Positions 37,098-46,270 of a stretch of DNA of 64,000 nt are shown here, piece by piece. Both the position numbers and the translations under genes were made by a program. The notes beneath the pieces are model-generated. The model was not told the DNA's origin. It saw nothing but the letters and a program-made list of their open reading frames with translations, and searched no databases. Source of the DNA: an uncultured Mycoplasma sp. (GTDB lineage: Bacteria; Bacillota_I; Bacilli_A; RF39; UBA660); the NCBI GenBank assembly GCA_964616405.1, contig CAZTRE010000004.1, positions 1 to 64,000 on the forward strand. The letters are read 5' to 3'. Positions within the stretch are counted from its first letter, which is position 1, and the number at the start of each line of letters is the position of its first letter.

Positions 37098-37999
37098 TAT
37101 TCAGCACCTACATTCTCGTTATAATATTTTTCTCCTCTTAAAAGGAAATAAGTATTACATATTATAATAAAGTGTAATAATACTTGAATATACCATTTTT
37201 CTAGAAGAATAAGATATGTTTCATCTCCTAATAAAAATTGTACTAACATTACAAGCAAGTATAATGTAATACCAAATGATAAGAAATTTTTATGGAAGGA
37301 TGCTCTTTCTATTCTATCTCGATATACGCTTTCAATTAACATATCAATATCTAGTTGCATATTATCAAGCGAATCAGCTGAGTTTCTAGCACCTTCTTTG
37401 GTAATTTGTAAAAATAATTGATGCATATTTTTAACTATATAGTATGGATATAGTCCACTCATATATTCTAAGGCTTCATCAATTGTACCATTTTCATAGG
37501 ACATTTCAATCATTCGATTAACATCACTTAATACGGGATCTTCTAAGATTCCAGAATTTCTTACACCTTCAAGAGATTTTACAAATGATTGAGTTGTGGC
37601 AAACTCCATAATAACATTAGATGTATATACTTGAATTTGCTCAAAAATAAATTCAGAATATACTCTTTTACATCTTAAATAAGCTAGGTATGGTACAAAG
37701 GCTATTGCTACACAAGCATAAAAAATACTAATAACAATATTATAGAAATATAAGTATGTTACACCTCCGGCAAAACCAGCAAATATTATTATTTGCATAA
37801 TATATTGTTTAGTTGTATATTCTTGACCTAATTGTTTGGCTTTTTCTCTTACTATTTTAAAGGAGAAGGGTGCGTATTTATCGTATATAGTTTGAACTTG
37901 ATTAGTTATAAATTTACCGATATTTTGACCTTTATAGTTTCTATATAGAAAAATACCAACAATAATTACTATGATTATTAATAATTCTTCAAAATACAT
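37097..37999 (-). CDS. TadB-like platform protein (type II secretion system F domain)
   Basis: 300 aa. T2SSF-like segment SFVKSLEGVRNSGILEDPVLSDVNRMIEMSYENGTIDEALEYMSGLYP...LFLQITKEGARNSADSL flanked by TM helices. Confidence 0.55.
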   Translation of the reverse strand: MYFEELLIIIVIIVGIFLYRNYKGQNIGKFITNQVQTIYDKYAPFSFKIVREKAKQLGQEYTTKQYIMQIIIFAGFAGGVTYLYFYNIVISIFYACVAIAFVPYLAYLRCKRVYSEFIFEQIQVYTSNVIMEFATTQSFVKSLEGVRNSGILEDPVLSDVNRMIEMSYENGTIDEALEYMSGLYPYYIVKNMHQLFLQITKEGARNSADSLDNMQLDIDMLIESVYRDRIERASFHKNFLSFGITLYLLVMLVQFLLGDETYLILLEKWYIQVLLHFIIICNTYFLLRGEKYYNENVGAE

Positions 38000-38011
38000 A
38001 AATACTCCTTT

Positions 38012-39412
38012 CTACGCTTGTAAACTTTCATTAATTGTTGAAACAGGGATTTGCGGTGCAGTTTGATTTTTTTCAACAATTTGAATTGGAGGAGATGACA
38101 TTAATTGCTCTTTTGGTGCTTGCAATGTAGGAGTCGGTTGAATGGTTGGTGCTGGCTGTGTTTCTAATGGAGTAATTACTGGTTGAGCTGCTACTTGTGT
38201 AGTTAATGGAGCATTTGGTTGAGTATTAGATATAACACTTGGCTGCTCAACTTGCTTTTCGTTAGAAGTTGCACCATTTATTTGTATACCTGGTATGGTT
38301 TCTTCTGTTGTATCCCCTTTACTAAAATCGGCTTGTTGTGTTATAGTCATTTCCTCAGGCAATTTATCAATAATACTTTGAACATCAATATTTTGATTTT
38401 CTAAATATTGTAATAAATGAGCACTTGGTTTTCTCATCATTGGCTCTCTACCAAATAATTTTTGATAGATAATTCGCGATTGTGGAACGTTATTTTCATC
38501 AACATAAAATTCACATACTTCATCTAATTCACGATGAAATTTTCCACGTTCCTTACTATAGTAAGCTTTGATGTGAACGCCTATTTGAATATAACGATAA
38601 ATAGTTGTTAAAAACTGAGCAACATCTAAGTCAGTTTCCATCAAACTGTAAAGACGATATGGAATAGCTGAGGCTTTATCCGCATGAATTGTAGAAAGAA
38701 TATTGTGTCCTGATGAAATTGAGTTACGTACGGCTGATACTGCTTCAGCACTACGTACTTCAGAAAGTAGAATCCATTTTGGATTCTGACGCATACAAGT
38801 TACTAATACATCTGTATAACTTGCGACATTGTTTGTCTTCATCGCAACAATATCTCTTTGAGGAAAGATTTTATCTAAGTGAAGCTCTAATGTATCTTCA
38901 ATTGTAATTATTTTTTCGCTTGTTTTAGTATGGCTAGCTAGATATTTTACAAATTCAGTTTTACCAGAGCCGGTTTCTCCAGAAACCATGATATTACAAT
39001 GTCCTTGAACACATTTAATTAATAAGTCATGAACATCTTGGGTAAAATATTCATCTTTAATAAGTTTATCTTTTTCTAGACGAATTTTAGCAGGTGTTTT
39101 ACGTATAACTAAAGCAATGCCATTAGTGGCAACGGATTGATGAACGAAATTAAGACGTAATTCTGCAGATTCTGCATCTAGGAAAGGCTTAGCATTATTA
39201 AAAGTGGTTCCCATTACGTTAGAACATTGAAAAGCCAATTTTTCAACAAACTCTTGATTAGCTCCTTCTACTTCAACTCGTAGAGAACCTTGAGTTAGTG
39301 AACGTATCCAAATTTGGCCTCCATTATCATACGAAATATCTGTTATATCATCATTATCTAGTAGTGGACGGAATGGTCCAAAGTCTAATTTATCGAAGAT
39401 ATTCTCATTCAT
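38012..39412 (-). CDS. CpaF/TadA-like secretion ATPase (T2SS-E/VirB11 superfamily) with a Gln/Pro/Thr-rich C-terminal tail
   Basis: Walker A MVSGETGSGKTEF, the Asp-box/Walker B region ILLSEVRSAEA and a His box STIHA. The N-terminal domain is ITDISYDNGGQIWIR. The last 100 aa or so are low-complexity (QPNAPLTTQVAAQPVITPLETQPAPTIQPTPTLQAP). Confidence 0.8.
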   Translation of the reverse strand: MNENIFDKLDFGPFRPLLDNDDITDISYDNGGQIWIRSLTQGSLRVEVEGANQEFVEKLAFQCSNVMGTTFNNAKPFLDAESAELRLNFVHQSVATNGIALVIRKTPAKIRLEKDKLIKDEYFTQDVHDLLIKCVQGHCNIMVSGETGSGKTEFVKYLASHTKTSEKIITIEDTLELHLDKIFPQRDIVAMKTNNVASYTDVLVTCMRQNPKWILLSEVRSAEAVSAVRNSISSGHNILSTIHADKASAIPYRLYSLMETDLDVAQFLTTIYRYIQIGVHIKAYYSKERGKFHRELDEVCEFYVDENNVPQSRIIYQKLFGREPMMRKPSAHLLQYLENQNIDVQSIIDKLPEEMTITQQADFSKGDTTEETIPGIQINGATSNEKQVEQPSVISNTQPNAPLTTQVAAQPVITPLETQPAPTIQPTPTLQAPKEQLMSSPPIQIVEKNQTAPQIPVSTINESLQA

Positions 39413-39454
39413 CTAACTCACATCCCTTTTATTTTCTTTTTATCTTTTTCTTTT

Positions 39455-40249
39455 TTATTGTTCGGTCCAAACGGTAACTCTGTTAATCCAGTCTTTTAAT
39501 TGTTCACTACTAATTTCAAGATCTCCTGGTTCATCTTTTAAGCTTTCATTTGTTGGAACTGGTATTAATGTTGATTCATATGTTCTTAAATATTCTGCTT
39601 TCTTTAATAAAACATAATACTCTTCAGGTACAGCAAATACGATCATAGCTGGAGTTCTTTGCTCATCAAGATTTGCAAAAACTGGTTGACCACTTGCATC
39701 TTTTACAGCAAGTACTTTAACATTAGATAATAATTTACCTAACATAATCTTATCAGCATCAGCTGTTGCTTGTTCGCCTTCGGATAATCTATTTACCGCT
39801 TTTAAGTAAATATCAATATAATTACCTGGGTAGATTGAATTACCATATGTAGTAGCTGTAGTAACAGACATATTGTATAAAACGTATCCTTTTGGATAAG
39901 TAAGAATAATATTGGCTGGTAATTGTTCCTTTTCTACAACTGTTCGTTGATAAAATAAACTTCCTGCTGGTATAACTGTATCAGCACTTGAATATTTATC
40001 AATTACTTGATTTTGAGCTGTTAAAACATTTCCTTCTAACATTGAAGGTGGAACTGCTCGGGTACCAACCATATCGGCTGTTATTTGTGTTCCTGGATTG
40101 ATTTGCACTTTAGCATATGGAACATTTACTGGATTTATTGCAGATTGTACTCTCATGTTATATGCAACATATAAGATTATAATAGCGGCAATTATTCCAA
40201 TTACGGTTACTGTATTTTTATTTTGAAAAAATTTCTTTAATCCTGTCAC
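39455..40249 (-). CDS. CpaB/RcpC-like pilus assembly protein (TM helix, SAF domain, CpaB C-domain)
   Basis: GTG start. TM helix VTVIGIIAAIIILYVAY, SAF-like VPYAKVQINPGTQITADMVGTRAVP, and C-domain GNYIDIYLKA...LLSNVKVLAVKD. Confidence 0.65.
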   Translation of the reverse strand: MTGLKKFFQNKNTVTVIGIIAAIIILYVAYNMRVQSAINPVNVPYAKVQINPGTQITADMVGTRAVPPSMLEGNVLTAQNQVIDKYSSADTVIPAGSLFYQRTVVEKEQLPANIILTYPKGYVLYNMSVTTATTYGNSIYPGNYIDIYLKAVNRLSEGEQATADADKIMLGKLLSNVKVLAVKDASGQPVFANLDEQRTPAMIVFAVPEEYYVLLKKAEYLRTYESTLIPVPTNESLKDEPGDLEISSEQLKDWINRVTVWTEQ

Positions 40250-40278
40250 CTTTTCATTCTCTCCTTTTCTATTAATTA

Positions 40279-40761
40279 CTATTTCTTTTTGTTGCTTCTT
40301 TCATCTATTGATTTACCTAAATCATTATTAGGATCTGCCAAAGCATTTTTAGTAAATTCATCATCTGTATAATCTGTTTCGATAATAGCATCAACATTTG
40401 TGGAAATATTTGCTGCTTCTCCAGAAAAGCTTAATACGGTTAATGAATCAACTTTAACACTTACCTTTGGAGGTACCTCGTTAATATCATAAAAACTAAT
40501 ATCATATGTACGAGTATTATCTACATTATCGGCAAATCGACGAAGGAAGCTCTCAACGAACTTCTCTTTGTCAATTCTTATTAATGAGTTAAGTCGATAA
40601 TATTCTACATCAACGGCATCTTCCATTGCAGCTTCTGTTGTTTCTTTTACAAGGTAGTAGTCTAATTCTCCACCTGTTGAGTAGTTACTAATTACATTAA
40701 TTAGTAATAATGCAATTACACTTAATAGGATAACACCTACTGTTAACATTCCTTTATTCAT
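40279..40761 (-). CDS. pilin-like or anchored accessory protein
   Basis: 160 aa. N-terminus MNKG/MLTVGVILLSVIALLLINVI is a short basic leader ending in Gly followed by a hydrophobic helix. No family recognised. Confidence 0.35.
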   Translation of the reverse strand: MNKGMLTVGVILLSVIALLLINVISNYSTGGELDYYLVKETTEAAMEDAVDVEYYRLNSLIRIDKEKFVESFLRRFADNVDNTRTYDISFYDINEVPPKVSVKVDSLTVLSFSGEAANISTNVDAIIETDYTDDEFTKNALADPNNDLGKSIDERSNKKK

Positions 40762-40778
40762 TTATTTCATCGACCTCC

Positions 40779-43637
40779 CTATTCATTATTTACTCCAGGA
40801 TCTCCAGTCTTTAATACGGCTCCTGTGATTGATTTTAAATCGATATTGCTTTCAATTGAACCTTCTGCTGAATTCCACAAATTACTTAAATATACGTATA
40901 CTCCATTTTTCTTAACAACTTTTCCATTCCATGTTCCATATGAATATTTATTATTATAGGCTCTTATTTTTCTTAAGGTTGTTGGTGTTAAATGGAACTG
41001 ATAATCCAAATATGTATCATCTGAATGTAGAGAATCTGCAGTTCCTTCAATTTTTTGAATTAAGGCGATTGGGTCTACATTATAATCTGGATTTTTCATT
41101 TCTAATATTTTTGCTGATTCTGTCCAGTTAAAACCAATAGGTCTTGTGTTTTCTGATACTACACCAGTTATAGTTCTATTAGGGAACATATCTGATCTAT
41201 CAATGGTTCTAACCACATAGTTTTCTAAACCTTTAGTGGCATCACCTGATGCGTTTGCATTCTTGGAGCAGCATCTCTTTGTTGATTCATCATCAACTTT
41301 ACAAATTTCATTTCTTAATGCATAGAAACAATCAACATTTAAGTTCCATCCGAAATATCCAAAGTTTACTGCGGATGCATTAATGTTATAACCATTTGAT
41401 GTATTATTTTTTGTTGCTAATTCTGTTTCAATATCTTGTTTTGTATAACAGCTCTTGGCAAAATCGGCATTTGATATTTGATACCATTCCCACCATTTTG
41501 TATTAACACTTTGAGCATTTAGTGGCATACAGAATTTTTGATCTTCATAATACCAACCAGAAGTATCATCTGGTACTTTAAATGTAATTTCACCGGTTTT
41601 GTTATGGATATAAGTTCCTGGGAAACTCCATTCTGCTAAGTACCAATTCTTAGAATCGGCATTTGTATAACAGCCATTATGATCTAATATTGTTGAGAAA
41701 CTATTATTTGTGGTATCTTTGCCAGCGTTTCCTTTACCTTTTGATGAAATTGAATCTTTCTTTTCAGAAGTGTATGGAAATTCAATTTTTGTTTTCTTGG
41801 TACTACCTGAATCACTAGTTTCATCATAATTAATAGAAATTGTAATATCTGCTGTTTTTGATGAACATGTTACGCCTGCAGAACAAGCATTTCTAGCTGC
41901 TTCATAAATTTTTTCATTTTCTTTATAATCTTTTGCAGCTGTACCTGGATTTAGATATACATCTTTACCACAATCTGTTTTCCAACTACAATTATCTGTA
42001 CACAAATTACCACTTGAATATCTTTTACGTTTAAAACCATGTGTATCAGCAATAAAGCAGTTATTAACGCCATCTTTGGAACATAGCGTTATATCATAAC
42101 CAGTTTTATGAGCTTCAACATACCAACGTCCTAATGAAGCGGCCGCATAATTGTTATGCTCGCCCTTCTCTTTCCAGTCGATAGTATTACCATTATAGTA
42201 ATAACATCCATCTGAATTATCATTTAAACATTGTTGTAATGAATAGTCATTGTTGGCTAATTTTTCTGCTTTAGCTGTTTCATAATTTAAGGCTAATTCG
42301 TTAATTCCATTTTTACCAGCATATACTTTATTGTAGCACTTCTTACTACAAGCCTGAGTATATTTTCCACCATCGCACTCTGCAATACATGAATCAAATT
42401 CTTCATTTGGTCCAGCTTGTGGTTTCTTTCTTTCTACTCCTGATAAAGACACACAACGAGGGGCTGGATTACAATAATTTGTAGTTGATTGTGGTGGTGT
42501 TGCAGTAAACGTTGATTTACATGTAACGTAGCTTGTGACTTTTACTTTGTATTCAAAGCATAGTCCGGCTTTTGAAGCAATCGGTGGACCATATTCTAAT
42601 TTAACAGCTTCCTCACATGTTCTTGTACATGTTGGATTTCCACCATTTAATGATTTTGTTTGAGTATTTCCTGGAGCATAGTGATAAATATATTCATAAT
42701 CGGCACCAGAATATGTGGTTTGTGTTCCTAAATAGTAATCTTTATTTAGATAATAATCAGTATCAGAATTTATTACTTCACCATAGGCATTTGTATATTG
42801 TGCACCTGGCATTTTCAAATAATCATACCTACATTTTGCTGAAAATGTTGGGTTATTGGTAATTGTAATTGAATGACCTGGTACTTTCCCAGCATTGGCT
42901 TTAATACTATTAAATGCTTGTTTAAAAGTTGGAGTTTGTGATTCATTTTCAGCATTAAATGCTTTCCAACTTGCTTTAGCACTATTTATTTTTGCTGTGA
43001 TTTCTTTTTTGTCATAATTTGTTCCTGTTGGAACATTTGCTTTCCAGCAATAAGCTACTGAATCTTTCATAAATTTCTGAGCATCCTGAGACATTTGAGC
43101 AACTTCTGTTCTAAATTTTTTACAGGTATCTTCGTCATTATAATTTATATTTGGTTCTTCACCTAATCCATTTATTTTTGAAGCTTCATCTTCAACTTCA
43201 TAAGTTACATCTAATGTAACATTAGGATCTTTTACACTTTGTAATGTAACTATTATTCTTTCCATATTACCTTCACGAAGAAATTGAGCTTTAAAGTTAA
43301 TTTCTCTATTGGAATTTGAAATAACTTGATTTCCACCTTGGTTAACACCATTAATTTTAATTAATTTCAAGTCATCTTTTGGCTCTTTATTATTTGCACA
43401 TTGACTAGCAACAGCTTCATCTCTAATTAAGGTGAACTCACCAGGAGTTGAATTACTAACAATATATAGTCCATATTTTTCTGCTAGTGTTTCACATGTT
43501 AACTCTGTTACCGTTTCAGTATTTTGATTTAAATTTTCAGCATAGGTAGGAATAATCATTCCAGCTGACAAAAGCATTACTAGCACAAATAAAACCCCTA
43601 ATCTTCTATATTTCTTGTTTTTTGTCATCTTGTTCAT
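40779..43637 (-). CDS. large secreted cysteine-rich protein (candidate adhesin or tip protein)
   Basis: 952 aa with the Sec signal peptide KKYRRLGVLFVLVMLLSAGMIIPTYA/EN. I count about 31 Cys, often in close pairs (CTRTC, CIAEC, CSKKC, CTDNC, RCC). There is no C-terminal sorting signal and no second TM helix. Confidence 0.6.
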   Translation of the reverse strand: MNKMTKNKKYRRLGVLFVLVMLLSAGMIIPTYAENLNQNTETVTELTCETLAEKYGLYIVSNSTPGEFTLIRDEAVASQCANNKEPKDDLKLIKINGVNQGGNQVISNSNREINFKAQFLREGNMERIIVTLQSVKDPNVTLDVTYEVEDEASKINGLGEEPNINYNDEDTCKKFRTEVAQMSQDAQKFMKDSVAYCWKANVPTGTNYDKKEITAKINSAKASWKAFNAENESQTPTFKQAFNSIKANAGKVPGHSITITNNPTFSAKCRYDYLKMPGAQYTNAYGEVINSDTDYYLNKDYYLGTQTTYSGADYEYIYHYAPGNTQTKSLNGGNPTCTRTCEEAVKLEYGPPIASKAGLCFEYKVKVTSYVTCKSTFTATPPQSTTNYCNPAPRCVSLSGVERKKPQAGPNEEFDSCIAECDGGKYTQACSKKCYNKVYAGKNGINELALNYETAKAEKLANNDYSLQQCLNDNSDGCYYYNGNTIDWKEKGEHNNYAAASLGRWYVEAHKTGYDITLCSKDGVNNCFIADTHGFKRKRYSSGNLCTDNCSWKTDCGKDVYLNPGTAAKDYKENEKIYEAARNACSAGVTCSSKTADITISINYDETSDSGSTKKTKIEFPYTSEKKDSISSKGKGNAGKDTTNNSFSTILDHNGCYTNADSKNWYLAEWSFPGTYIHNKTGEITFKVPDDTSGWYYEDQKFCMPLNAQSVNTKWWEWYQISNADFAKSCYTKQDIETELATKNNTSNGYNINASAVNFGYFGWNLNVDCFYALRNEICKVDDESTKRCCSKNANASGDATKGLENYVVRTIDRSDMFPNRTITGVVSENTRPIGFNWTESAKILEMKNPDYNVDPIALIQKIEGTADSLHSDDTYLDYQFHLTPTTLRKIRAYNNKYSYGTWNGKVVKKNGVYVYLSNLWNSAEGSIESNIDLKSITGAVLKTGDPGVNNE

Positions 43638-44454
43638 CTCCTTTCATTATTTTTTTAATTTCTTTGTATTTTGCATTTACTGTCATTTCGTAATTGCTCA
43701 TCTTTTCATCTTCTCTTAATAATCTTCCAACTACTACAAATTGTCTGCCATCTCCTGGTCCAAACATTCTTGTACAAGTTACAAGTGTTATTACACTATC
43801 ACTATCATTTATATCAACATCATAGTCATATATAGATGAAGACTTAACCATTTTTATATAATTATTTAATTCCTTCTTTGTATAGTTTTCTTTATAAAAT
43901 AAATCTAATTTATAATCTTTCTCAAAGAAAACACCAAATATTTTATATACATAATCCTTACCATCAATTGTATATTGAATATATTTATTTTCTTTAGCAA
44001 AGTCATCATAAACAAAACTCATTAAATCATCAAATCTAGAAAAATAATCTAACCCAATTTCTGGATTTGATGATAAATTTAACAAGTTATGTCCAGAGAT
44101 ATTTACTTGATTATATAGTTTTTCTTTAGCATTGTTATTCCATAAATAGTCTTCTTTATCAATCTTATCAAAAGCATTAATATTTTTATAACTAATTATT
44201 GGTGTATCAATGGTTGTTCCTTGAATTTTTAACCAAGCTATTGTCTCATATAATGAACTATTATCTTTTTTCTTTTCTTTGGCTACTGCCTTTACTCGAC
44301 TATCTATTTTATATATTTCGTTGTTTGTTAGGTTTATTAATAATACCAATACTATACAACAACAAATCAGAAGACCTGCTGTTATTAATAAAGCTTTGAT
44401 CCTCTGATTGCTTTTATTATTCTTTTTTCGGCTTTGATCCTTCATACTTAACAC
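43606..44454 (-). CDS. sortase, class B-like
   Basis: N-terminal TM helix, WLKIQGTTIDTPIIS, catalytic His in NISGHNL, catalytic Cys in VITLVTCTR and a downstream Arg (GRQFVVVGRL). The likely start is ATG 44445 (MKDQSRKK); the track ORF starts at GTG 44454. Confidence 0.75.
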   Translation of the reverse strand: MLSMKDQSRKKNNKSNQRIKALLITAGLLICCCIVLVLLINLTNNEIYKIDSRVKAVAKEKKKDNSSLYETIAWLKIQGTTIDTPIISYKNINAFDKIDKEDYLWNNNAKEKLYNQVNISGHNLLNLSSNPEIGLDYFSRFDDLMSFVYDDFAKENKYIQYTIDGKDYVYKIFGVFFEKDYKLDLFYKENYTKKELNNYIKMVKSSSIYDYDVDINDSDSVITLVTCTRMFGPGDGRQFVVVGRLLREDEKMSNYEMTVNAKYKEIKKIMKGDEQDDKKQEI

Positions 44455-44458
44455 CTAC

Positions 44459-46261
44459 CTACTTTGTTATATTGTATGGATATTCGTAAGTCCCTTTGCC
44501 TTTAGTAATCATTACACCTTTGTGTAAGTTTCCAGTAACTCTTACTCCATAATATTCCATATCACTTACTACTCCACTCATAACAACACCAATGTCTGTT
44601 GCGACACCTTTATAAAATTGTTTGTTTGAAGAATTAATTAACCAGTATGATTTTACATCAGCCTCAGCAAGAGGTCTTGCACTGAACATCTCATAAGTAT
44701 TTGGTGCAGATAATTTAACTTTATATTTTTTTGTACTTGTTTCTTTACCATAAAGTATATCATCTTTGTAAATAGGTACTTCAACGTCTTTATTGACAAA
44801 ATATGAAGTATCAATATATTCACTTACTTTATTATTAATAAAATAGCCTATATTACCTTTTTGAGTTGGATTATATATTTTCTTTGAAGAATCAGTGTCA
44901 TATCTTGTTTTAATTACCTCACCATTGTGAATAACATTTTTTACTGAAACAACTTTGGTAGTACCATCATCATTTGTCTCTACAATCCTCCATAGTAATC
45001 CTCCATAAGAAATATATTCTCCGGGATATCTAGAATTAATAGGATCATCTGCACGTCCTGGAGCAGTTTCTCCAAATGTATATGGGTTTTCAGCAGTGCC
45101 AGCACCACCTTTTAATAAGGAACTACCCTTAATAGTTAATACCGGTCTTACTCCGTAGTTATTAATTATATCATCTGAATAATAGTATGGATTAACGCCT
45201 ACTCCCATCATAAAGTCACGAACAGCGTAAGCAGCTTTATCTCCGCTAAGATTAGCTGTCCACGATAAGGTGTGTGGTTCTAAGAAAGAACCTTCTTCAT
45301 TTCTGGAACGATTTATTTCATCAATTGAAGGGATATATGCATAAGTAGATTTTGTTTTACTACTGCATTCTGTAGTATATAATGCTTCATTGGTTAATGG
45401 CATATTACAATACTTATTTTTTACTAAATATTTTTTGGCTTCTGGTGTAATATGTTCCATGTAATAATCTAACCATGAACTTATTCCGGCATAATCAACA
45501 TTTGCAACATCATCTTGAGCAACTATTTTTACATTATTGCCATCTATTCCGATGATTCGATACATCATACCTGATAAAGTTATGTAATTATTAGGAGATA
45601 AACCTGTATAATAACCTTTTTTATTAGTAGCTATTTCTACAGCATTTTTTAATTTTGAGACTACCTTTACTGTGCGGGTTACAGTAGTTTTATTTTTTAG
45701 GCTATCGTAAGCTGTATAAGTAACTTCATAAGTTCCTACTTTAGAGGTATCTACATTACTTGCTTTTATAATTACATTTTTTGTATTTATTTTGCCATCA
45801 GTTTTATCAGCAACACTTTTAACACCTGGTTCTTTATATTTTGAGCCTAAGTTAATAGTCATTTCTTCAGATCCGTTTAACTTTATTTCTGGCCCTTTAT
45901 TATCAACAGATGATTGAAGAGCTCCACATTTTAAATAAGTGTAGTATTTATATTCTCCTTTTACTCTTTTTACTTTAACCCAAGAATCTTTCATATTACA
46001 TGGCTCTTTAGTATATGGAATATAAAAATCTTCTTTTAAATATGATTTATGATATAGTGTTTGCATTGAAACAGTTGCTAGTCTATCTCCTGTAGGAAGT
46101 TGTGTTTGATTTAAATCATAATATCTCTTAGCAGCCGTTTCTAGTTCTTTTTCATAACTTTTAAATGAACGAGCTGGCTTTAAGATTAAAAACCAAGCTA
46201 CTAAAACGACTATTACTACTGTTACAAATATTTTTAAATATTTTATATTCTCCTTCTTCAT
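44459..46261 (-). CDS. membrane-anchored surface protein with an Ig-like domain and repeated ...RPV...G.GT.E.PY modules
   Basis: N-terminal TM helix. Ig-like segment GPEIKLNGSEEMTINLGSKYKEPGVKSVAD...VGTYEVTYTAYDSLKNKTTVTRTVKV. Two modules end in GAGTAENPYTF and GKGTYEYPYNI. It is a paralog of 22126-23373. Confidence 0.6.
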   Translation of the reverse strand: MKKENIKYLKIFVTVVIVVLVAWFLILKPARSFKSYEKELETAAKRYYDLNQTQLPTGDRLATVSMQTLYHKSYLKEDFYIPYTKEPCNMKDSWVKVKRVKGEYKYYTYLKCGALQSSVDNKGPEIKLNGSEEMTINLGSKYKEPGVKSVADKTDGKINTKNVIIKASNVDTSKVGTYEVTYTAYDSLKNKTTVTRTVKVVSKLKNAVEIATNKKGYYTGLSPNNYITLSGMMYRIIGIDGNNVKIVAQDDVANVDYAGISSWLDYYMEHITPEAKKYLVKNKYCNMPLTNEALYTTECSSKTKSTYAYIPSIDEINRSRNEEGSFLEPHTLSWTANLSGDKAAYAVRDFMMGVGVNPYYYSDDIINNYGVRPVLTIKGSSLLKGGAGTAENPYTFGETAPGRADDPINSRYPGEYISYGGLLWRIVETNDDGTTKVVSVKNVIHNGEVIKTRYDTDSSKKIYNPTQKGNIGYFINNKVSEYIDTSYFVNKDVEVPIYKDDILYGKETSTKKYKVKLSAPNTYEMFSARPLAEADVKSYWLINSSNKQFYKGVATDIGVVMSGVVSDMEYYGVRVTGNLHKGVMITKGKGTYEYPYNITK

Positions 46262-46270
46262 AGGCTCTCC

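Noticed and set aside
43606-44454. The idea that the sortase, rather than a TadV peptidase, processes the M(K/R)DAxG pilin leaders, because DATG superficially resembles the xTG of LPxTG.
   Set aside because: Sortases act on C-terminal sorting signals, and only one of the leaders has Thr before Gly. There is no supporting evidence in the sequence, so this remains a remote possibility only.
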